Part shown: piece by piece, positions 57,498 through 64,000 of the stretch | Numbering within the stretch: position 1 is the first letter of the stretch | How the letters are laid out: every line of letters begins with the position of its first letter | Assembly (NCBI GenBank): GCA_964482515.1 | Contig: CAYZXT010000001.1 | Span: forward strand, 169,373 to 233,372 | Length of the DNA: 64,000 bases | Reading direction: 5' to 3' | From: an uncultured Elusimicrobia bacterium | GTDB taxonomy: Bacteria; Elusimicrobiota; Elusimicrobia; FEN-1173 | Notes under the pieces: model-generated | What the model saw: only the letters and a program-made list of their open reading frames with translations | The model's database searches: none | Told to the model about the DNA's origin: nothing | Translations under genes and position numbers: made by a program

Positions 57498-59699
57498 ATG
57501 TCATCCGTAAAACCCAACGCGCTCATCCACGAAAAAAGTCCCTACCTCCTTCAGCACGCCCATAACCCGGTGGATTGGATGCCCTGGGGCGACGCTGCCT
57601 TCGCGCGCGCGCGGAGCGAAAGCAAACCTATCTTCCTTTCGATCGGCTATTCCACCTGCCACTGGTGCCACGTGATGGAACGGGAATCTTTTGCCAACGC
57701 CGACATCGCCGCGCTCATGAACAGAAACTTTGTCTGCATCAAAGTGGACCGGGAGGAGCGGCCCGACGTGGACAAGATCTATATGACCGCGGTGCAGGCC
57801 ATCACCGGCCAAGGGGGATGGCCTTTGAACGCGTGGCTGACGCCCGGCCTGAAACCGTTCTACGGCGGGACCTACTTCCCGCCCGAATCGCGTTGGGGCC
57901 GTCCGGGTTTTCCGGAGATATTGGAACGCATCGCGGAGATGTGGACGGCCGAACGGGAGAAGCTGGAGGATTCCGGCCGGCAGATCCAGGAATTGCTGGC
58001 GCAATCGCTGGGCGGGCGGGATTTGAGCGGCGCCCTGGACCCGAAGGCGCTGGATTCCGCGTTCAAATATTTTTCCATGGCCTTCGACGAAAAATGGGGC
58101 GGGTTCCGGGAAGCGCCCAAATTCCCCATGCCGGTCTACCATAATTTTCTTTTGCGGTATTATGCCTCAACCAAAAAACAGGAAGCGTTGGATATGTCCC
58201 TGGAAACCCTGCGCGCCATCGCCGCGGGCGGGATCTACGATCAAATCGGCGGCGGGTTCCACCGCTATTCCACGGACGAGCGCTGGCACGTCCCGCATTT
58301 CGAGAAGATGCTTTATGACAACGCGCAGCTGGCGGTCAATTATATCGAGGCGTTCCAGATTTCGGGGGACGAGAATTTCGCCCGCGTCGCGCGCGAGACC
58401 CTGGATTACGTCTTGCGCGACATGTCCCACCCGGACGGGGGGCTTTATTCCGCCGAAGACGCCGACAGCCTGCCGCCGGAACTGGTCGGCCAGGTGGAAG
58501 ACAAGGGGCATGAGCACCGCGCCGCCCTCTCCGCAGAGCTCCGAGGACAGGCCGCGGTCCAGAGGACCGACGACTCGGCCGAAGGCGCGTTCTATATTTG
58601 GAAATACAGCGAGCTGATGCAGCTCCTGGGTCCGGTGAACGGCGAGATCTTTTGCCTCCATTACGGCGCATCGCCCAACGGCAACGCGGAGTCCGATCCA
58701 CAGGGGGAGTTCGAGAACAAAAACATCCTGTTCTTCGCCCATAACGTTGACGCGGTCGCCGCCCGATTCAAGAAATCCCCAGAGGAGGTCCGCCGCATCC
58801 TCGATGATTCGCGGCGGAAGGTTTTCATGTCGCGCGAGAGGCGGCCCCGCCCGCAACGCGACGATAAAATCCTGGCTTCCTGGAACGGCCTCGCGCTGTC
58901 GGCCTTCGCCAAGGCCGCGCAGGTTTTCGACGACGCGAAATACCGGGAGGCGGCGCAGCGGATCGCGCGGTTCCTGAAGACCCATTTATACGACGCGAAG
59001 GATGGAAGGTTGTATCGGCGCTGGCGCGACGGCGCACGCGGAATCCCCGGCACGGCGGACGATCACGCGTTCCTCGCGCAGGGGCTTTTGGATCTCTATG
59101 AGGCGGACTTCGACGCGGGCTGGCTGGCCTGGGCGGAAACGCTAACGCAGAAGCAAAACGATCTTTTCCTAGACAGGGAGCGCGGCGGGTTCTACATGAC
59201 CGCGTCCGATCACGACGGGAATATTTCCCTGCGCAGCAAAGAGGACATGGACAACGTGGAGCCGTCGGCGGCGTCGGTGGCGGCGTTGAACCTCCTGCGG
59301 CTGGCGGAACTGACGGACCGCGATGACTTTCGAAAGATCGCGGAGCAGACGTTGATCTCCTTCGGTTCGGCCATGGGGGAACAGCCCCAGGCGCTGCCTC
59401 AGATGCTTGTTGCCTTGGATTATTATTTCGCCAAGCCGCGGCAAATCGTCGTCGCGGGCGAGCGCGACGGCACCGATACGCGAGCTCTTCTGCGCGAAGT
59501 CCATCAGAGATTCCTCCCTCATAAAATCGTGTTCCTGCTCGACGGCTCAGGTGCGGAACGCGAACTCCTGGATCGCCTGCCCTATTTGAAGGACATGGCT
59601 CCCGTGGGCGGCAAAGCGTCGGCCTACGTCTGCGTGGACCGTGCCTGCGCGCTGCCGGTGAACGAACCCGGCAAGCTGGCGGAAATCCTGGCCCGTTAG
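57498..59699 (+). CDS. Thioredoxin-domain protein YyaL (DUF255 + six-hairpin glycosidase-like domain)
   Basis: [52 protein letters not shown] is a highly conserved YyaL/DUF255 N-terminus. Confidence 0.9.
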   Translation: MSSVKPNALIHEKSPYLLQHAHNPVDWMPWGDAAFARARSESKPIFLSIGYSTCHWCHVMERESFANADIAALMNRNFVCIKVDREERPDVDKIYMTAVQAITGQGGWPLNAWLTPGLKPFYGGTYFPPESRWGRPGFPEILERIAEMWTAEREKLEDSGRQIQELLAQSLGGRDLSGALDPKALDSAFKYFSMAFDEKWGGFREAPKFPMPVYHNFLLRYYASTKKQEALDMSLETLRAIAAGGIYDQIGGGFHRYSTDERWHVPHFEKMLYDNAQLAVNYIEAFQISGDENFARVARETLDYVLRDMSHPDGGLYSAEDADSLPPELVGQVEDKGHEHRAALSAELRGQAAVQRTDDSAEGAFYIWKYSELMQLLGPVNGEIFCLHYGASPNGNAESDPQGEFENKNILFFAHNVDAVAARFKKSPEEVRRILDDSRRKVFMSRERRPRPQRDDKILASWNGLALSAFAKAAQVFDDAKYREAAQRIARFLKTHLYDAKDGRLYRRWRDGARGIPGTADDHAFLAQGLLDLYEADFDAGWLAWAETLTQKQNDLFLDRERGGFYMTASDHDGNISLRSKEDMDNVEPSAASVAALNLLRLAELTDRDDFRKIAEQTLISFGSAMGEQPQALPQMLVALDYYFAKPRQIVVAGERDGTDTRALLREVHQRFLPHKIVFLLDGSGAERELLDRLPYLKDMAPVGGKASAYVCVDRACALPVNEPGKLAEILAR

Positions 59700-59752
59700 G
59701 GGAGCGGTCCGCCACCTTCGAGGTTGTCTCCGAGGATAGATTGGACAATCGT

Positions 59753-59781
59753 TTGATTCCTTCCTTCCATTTCTATAGAAT
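59753..59781 (+). promoter_or_regulatory. Candidate sigma70-type promoter of glgC
   Basis: TTGATT-17 nt-TAGAAT located about 50 nt upstream of ATG 59829. Confidence 0.35.
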
Positions 59782-59828
59782 GACGTAGGCAAGATAATCC
59801 ATCTTTCACAACAAGGTGCTTCCATCCA

Positions 59829-61061
59829 ATGAAACGATCCAAAGTGTTGGGCCTCATCATGGCGGGCGGTAAGGGCGAACGGCTCGTCCCTCTCACGCGC
59901 GAACGCGGCAAGCCGGCCGTTCCCTTCGGCGGAAAATACAGGATCGTGGATTTCGTTCTGAGCAATTTCGTCAACTCCGGAATATTCTCCGTCTACGTCC
60001 TCGTCCAGTACCTCTCACAGTCGCTGATCGACTACCTCCGCACCAGCTGGCGCAATCGCGGCATCATCAACGACCACTTCATCACCGTGGTGCCGCCCCA
60101 GATGCGCATGGGGGAGATGTGGTATCGCGGCACGGCGGACGCCGTTTCGCAGAACCTGAACCTGATACGGGATTTTGATCCGGACCTCGTGGCCGTTTTC
60201 GGCGCGGACCACATCTACCGCATGGACATCGGCCAGATGCTGGCGTTCCACGTGGAGAAGGGCGCGGAAGTGACGGTGGCCTCCCTGCCCGTGCCCATCG
60301 AGAGGGCCCGCGGCTTCGGCATCATCAAGGTGAATAAATCCGGCCGCGTGATCAGGTTCGAGGAGAAACCGAAAAACCCGGATCCCATGCCGGGAAACCC
60401 GCAGATGGCTTTTTCCTCCACGGGGAATTACATCTTCAACCGGGACCTTCTGGAAGAAGTGCTGATGGAGGACGTGAAAAAAGATTCCGCCCATGATTTC
60501 GGCAAAACGATCATCCCATCCATCATCAAACGCGCCAAGGTCTACGCCTACAACTTCACGGCCGCCGACATTCCGGGGATGAAACCCTACGAGGAACGCG
60601 GTTACTGGCGGGACGTCGGCGACCTGGAATCCTACTGGTCCGCCCACATGGACCTGCTGGGCGAGAAGCCGAAGCTGGACCTGAACAACGACGAATGGCC
60701 CATTTACGCGGGCCGCTTCGATGGGCCGTCGGCCCACATCCTGGGCGGCGAGGTCGCGGACAGCATGATCGGCACCGGCTGCGTGGTCCACAACGCGGTC
60801 GTCCGCCATTCCGTCCTGGGGCGGGGCGTCATCATCCATCCCGGCGCGCTGGTGGAAGACAGCATCATCATGGATTTTTCGGAGATCATGCCCGGCTGCC
60901 GGTTCCGCCGCGTCGTATCGGACCGCTTCAATATGTTCGGCCCCGACACCGAGATCGGCTATGATGCTGAAAAAGACAGGGCCGCCGGCTATCACGTGGA
61001 CAAATCCGGCATCGTGGCCATCGGCCGCGGCCGCAGCAAATGGGCTCATCTTAAGCGGTAG
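59829..61061 (+). CDS. glgC: Glucose-1-phosphate adenylyltransferase
   Basis: LGLIMAGGKGERLVPLTRERGKPAVPFGGKYRIVDFVLSNFVNSGI, ...GTADAV...; left-handed beta-helix C-terminus. Confidence 0.93.
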   Translation: MKRSKVLGLIMAGGKGERLVPLTRERGKPAVPFGGKYRIVDFVLSNFVNSGIFSVYVLVQYLSQSLIDYLRTSWRNRGIINDHFITVVPPQMRMGEMWYRGTADAVSQNLNLIRDFDPDLVAVFGADHIYRMDIGQMLAFHVEKGAEVTVASLPVPIERARGFGIIKVNKSGRVIRFEEKPKNPDPMPGNPQMAFSSTGNYIFNRDLLEEVLMEDVKKDSAHDFGKTIIPSIIKRAKVYAYNFTAADIPGMKPYEERGYWRDVGDLESYWSAHMDLLGEKPKLDLNNDEWPIYAGRFDGPSAHILGGEVADSMIGTGCVVHNAVVRHSVLGRGVIIHPGALVEDSIIMDFSEIMPGCRFRRVVSDRFNMFGPDTEIGYDAEKDRAAGYHVDKSGIVAIGRGRSKWAHLKR

Positions 61062-61068
61062 ATGTTGA

Positions 61069-63492
61069 ATGTCGAACGACAAACGTTTCATTTGCATTCA
61101 CGGCCATTTCTATCAGCCTCCCCGCGAGGATCCCTGGCTTGAAGCTATTGAAGTCCAGGATTCCGCCTATCCCGCCCACGACTGGAACGAGCGCGTCCAC
61201 ATGGAGTGTTACGCGCCGAACACCGCCTCCCGCATACTCGACGGCCAGGGCCGCATCGCCGAGATAGTCGAAAACTATTCCAAGATAAGCTTCAACTTCG
61301 GCCCCACCCTCCTTTCCTGGATGGCGGCCTATGATCCCGAGACCTACGGGCGCATCCTCGAGTCCGATAAAAAAAGCCGCGACGCGCGCGGCGGGCACGG
61401 CAACGCCGTGGCCCAGGTCTATAACCACGTCATCATGCCGCTGGCCACCGACCGCGACAAGGTCACCCAGGTCGTCTGGGGGATCCGGGACTTCCAGAAG
61501 CGTTTCGGCCGAATGCCCGAGGGCATGTGGCTGTCGGAAACCGCGGTGGACAGCCAGACGCTTGAGATTTTGGCGGAGATGGGGATTAAATACACCATCC
61601 TCTCGCCGCAACAGGCCGGCGCCATCCGGTCGATCGAGGACCCGCTGGCGCCCTGGCAGGACGTGTCCGGCGGGCGGATCGATCCCAGCCGGCCCTACCG
61701 ATGGGTGTCCGACAGCGGGCTGAGCCTGGACATATTCTTCTACGACGGACCCATCTCCCAAGCCATCGCTTTCCAGGGGTTGCTGAACAACGGCGAGTAT
61801 TTCGCGGGCCGGCTGACGCACGGTTTTTCCGATGACCGGAAGCGCTCCCAGCTCGTGCACGTCGCCACCGACGGCGAGAGTTACGGGCACCACCATCGTT
61901 TCGGCGACATGGCTTTGGCCTACGCCTTGCGGAAGATCGAGAAGGAAGGTTCGCCTCGCCTCACCAACTACGGCGAGTACCTGGAGAAGAACCCGCCGGA
62001 CTGGGAAGTCCACATCGTCGAGCGATCCTCCTGGAGCTGCTTGCACGGGATCGAACGCTGGCGCTCGGACTGCGGCTGCCGCATCGGCGCCCAGGCGAAC
62101 TGGAACCAGTCCTGGCGCGGGCCCCTGCGCGAATCGCTCAATTGGCTGCGCGACCGCCTCGACGCTATCTTCGCGTCCAAGGGCGCGGCGTATTTCCGCG
62201 ATCCCTGGCAGGCGCGCAACAACTATATCGACGTGATGTTCGACCGGAGCGACGAATCGGTCAAAAACTTTTTCGCGCACAACCAGTCGCGGGAGCTCGG
62301 CCCGGCGGAACAGGCTGAGGCGTTGAAGCTTTTGGAAATGCAGCGCCACGGACAGTTCATGTTCACCAGCTGCGGCTGGTTCTTCGACGAGCTGTCCGGC
62401 ATCGAAGGCGTGACCGTGCTCCGCTTCGCGGGCCGCGCGCTCCAGCTCGCCGAGCAATTTTCCGAAAAGCCTCTGGAGGCCGACTTCCTGTCCCATCTGG
62501 CCAAGGCCAAAAGCAACATCCCCGAGTTCGGCGACGGGCGGCGCGTCTTCCAGCGTTTCGTGAAGCCCGCCATGACGGACCTCGCCCGCGTGGCGGCTCA
62601 CGTGGCCATGGCGGGCCTCATCGACGACGGCCCCGATGAGGGAAGGGTCTACTGCTATGCCTATAAACATCTCGACCGGAGGAAAGCCGCGCGTCCCGGC
62701 TCGGCGCTTTCCACGGGCCGGTTGCGGATCGTTTCCGACATCACGCGCGAGGCCCTGGAGCGGGATTATCTGTCTCTGCACCTGGGCGGACATGATTTCC
62801 GCGCCGGGCTCAGGCCGGCGGAAGGCGCGGCCGCGCCTTCGTCGGATCACCTCCTTCAGAAATTCCAGGACGGTTCCTTGGACGATCTTGCCGCCGCCCT
62901 GGAAAAAGACTACGGCCCGCGGATTTACTCCCTGCAGGACATGTTGTTGGAAACGCGCCGGGACGTCCTCGGCCGCATCATCCGCCAAATGGTGGGCCGC
63001 TACGACGGACCCTATCGCCAGCTGGTCGACGAAAACATCAAGCTGATCAATTACCTGCGGGACACGAATTTCCCGATCCCGGCCGCGTTCCGCCTGGCGC
63101 TGCAGTACGTTTTGAACCGGGATTTCGAGGACGGCGTCGCGCGCTTCGACGGCCGACCAGAGTCCATCGAGAGGCTGTCCGCGGTGCGCGCCGACGCGCG
63201 GAAGTTCGGCATCGACCTGGACGAGAACATGGCCGCGGACATGGTCCGGCGGCAGGTCAGCCGTCTCATGGGCGAGCTTTCCAAGGATTTGGATTTGGCC
63301 GTCGCCCAGCAGATCCTCGCCTACCTTGAATTGGCTTCCCGGCTCGAGTTGAACCTTTTCCTTTGGCACGCCGAAAACCTTTTCTACCGCTTATGGCACG
63401 AGCGCCTGCGGAATTCTCCCGTCATGAACAACGGGTCGGGGGAAATCTTTCGCCGTCTGGCGCAGCGGTTCCGGCAGGTCGTGCCGGTTTAA
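61069..63492 (+). CDS. Glycoside hydrolase family 57 enzyme (alpha-glucan branching/4-alpha-glucanotransferase type) with C-terminal DUF3536-like region
   Basis: FICIHGHFYQPPREDPW (GH57 HxHQP motif), ...GMWLSETAV..., GESYGHHH. Confidence 0.85.
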   Translation: MSNDKRFICIHGHFYQPPREDPWLEAIEVQDSAYPAHDWNERVHMECYAPNTASRILDGQGRIAEIVENYSKISFNFGPTLLSWMAAYDPETYGRILESDKKSRDARGGHGNAVAQVYNHVIMPLATDRDKVTQVVWGIRDFQKRFGRMPEGMWLSETAVDSQTLEILAEMGIKYTILSPQQAGAIRSIEDPLAPWQDVSGGRIDPSRPYRWVSDSGLSLDIFFYDGPISQAIAFQGLLNNGEYFAGRLTHGFSDDRKRSQLVHVATDGESYGHHHRFGDMALAYALRKIEKEGSPRLTNYGEYLEKNPPDWEVHIVERSSWSCLHGIERWRSDCGCRIGAQANWNQSWRGPLRESLNWLRDRLDAIFASKGAAYFRDPWQARNNYIDVMFDRSDESVKNFFAHNQSRELGPAEQAEALKLLEMQRHGQFMFTSCGWFFDELSGIEGVTVLRFAGRALQLAEQFSEKPLEADFLSHLAKAKSNIPEFGDGRRVFQRFVKPAMTDLARVAAHVAMAGLIDDGPDEGRVYCYAYKHLDRRKAARPGSALSTGRLRIVSDITREALERDYLSLHLGGHDFRAGLRPAEGAAAPSSDHLLQKFQDGSLDDLAAALEKDYGPRIYSLQDMLLETRRDVLGRIIRQMVGRYDGPYRQLVDENIKLINYLRDTNFPIPAAFRLALQYVLNRDFEDGVARFDGRPESIERLSAVRADARKFGIDLDENMAADMVRRQVSRLMGELSKDLDLAVAQQILAYLELASRLELNLFLWHAENLFYRLWHERLRNSPVMNNGSGEIFRRLAQRFRQVVPV

Positions 63493-63507
63493 TCGGGACA
63501 ACAAAAA

Positions 63508-63537
63508 TTGACAACGTTCGTTCCGATTAAATAGAAT
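63508..63537 (+). promoter_or_regulatory. Candidate sigma70-type promoter for the isocitrate dehydrogenase gene
   Basis: TTGACA-18 nt-TAGAAT. About 125-nt leader ending in SD GAGAGGGA before ATG 63662. Confidence 0.4.
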
Positions 63538-63661
63538 CATCGGGCCATCGGATCCAGCCATGCCTCTGTCTTTCTCCAGATCACCGGTTTCAACCAGGAA
63601 GAATTGATCCCGCGGACGGAGCATCCATCGCCAGTATCGTGTTTTCAGAGAGGGAAAAACC

Positions 63662-64000
63662 ATGACTACGCATAACGTTACATTGATACCCGGAGACGGC
63701 ACGGGCCCGGAAATCACGGCCGTCGTCCAGAAAATCCTCGAAGCCACCGGCGTGAAGATCGCCTGGGACGTAGTCGAGGCGGGCGCCGACGTGGTCGAAA
63801 AATACGGCACGCCGCTGCCGGACAACGTTTTGGCTTCAATCCGAAAGAATAAAGTGGCCCTGAAGGGTCCCCTCACCACGCCCATCGGCACGGGCTTCCG
63901 ATCCGTGAACGTGGCTCTGCGGAAGGAACTGGACCTTTTCGCCTGCCTTCGACCCTGCAAATCCTACGCGGGCGTCCGTTCGCGCTATGAGAAAATCGAC
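63662..64000 (+). CDS. NAD-dependent isocitrate dehydrogenase (isocitrate/isopropylmalate dehydrogenase family), N-terminal 113 aa; 3' end outside window
   Basis: [13 protein letters not shown]...[38 protein letters not shown] matches the IDH3-type NAD-IDH N-terminus closely. Confidence 0.85.
   Translation, partial: MTTHNVTLIPGDGTGPEITAVVQKILEATGVKIAWDVVEAGADVVEKYGTPLPDNVLASIRKNKVALKGPLTTPIGTGFRSVNVALRKELDLFACLRPCKSYAGVRSRYEKID

Overview
This is a 64-kb, high-GC (about 63-65%) segment of a diderm (LPS-producing) bacterial chromosome. It is almost completely coding and nearly all genes lie co-directionally on the + strand. Many junctions are 1-4 nt start/stop overlaps (ATGA, GTGA, TAATG), which suggests long translationally coupled operons. 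Lineage cannot be assigned from the sequence alone.

Content in order:
- 1-5050: tail of a type II secretion operon, gspF (truncated) plus the full pseudopilin/assembly set gspG-H-I-J-K-L-M.
- 5062-5138: bidirectional intrinsic terminator followed by a REP-like palindromic element.
- 5143-6945 (minus strand): conserved rpsF-ssb-rpsR-rplI operon; S18 carries an unusual 80-aa N-terminal low-complexity extension.
- 7135-7917: a DUF2938 membrane protein and tRNA-Thr(CGU), the tRNA preceded by a tandem hairpin motif with compensatory base changes.
- 7951-14639: an outer-membrane beta-barrel protein followed by two tandem paralogous Wzy_C(O-antigen-ligase-like)+TPR membrane proteins.
- 14698-25040: yebC-ruvC-ruvA-ruvB, spoIID-like, queA-tgt, a HEAT-repeat protein, yajC-secD-secF.
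- 25.7-41.8 kb: a large LPS inner-core/lipid A cluster (DUF374, waaA, two GT9 heptosyltransferases, three GT4, one GT2, a CE4 deacetylase, lpxK, lpxL-type acyltransferase, waaL-like ligase, gmhB, an ArnT/PMT-like GT39 with a large extra domain, an ICMT-type methyltransferase, a DUF3108-like protein).
- 41866-42483: a compositionally aberrant (AT-richer) monocistronic membrane-protein gene with its own promoter region and terminator.
- 42597-50907: the KDO/Lpt cluster hldA-kdsB-pyrG-kdsA-(zinc-ribbon)-kdsD-kdsC-lptC-lptA-lptB.
- about 50.9-56.7 kb: a lower-GC (about 52-58%) three-gene island with its own sigma70-like promoter. It encodes a PilX/GspK-like protein, a 1065-aa giant prepilin-motif protein carrying an Asp-box, and a 356-aa long-leader pilin-like protein. 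This is the most unusual part of the window.
- 56691-64000: ccdA, a YyaL thioredoxin-domain protein, glgC, a GH57 glucan enzyme and the start of an NAD-type isocitrate dehydrogenase.

No CRISPR array, transposase, integrase or rRNA is present.
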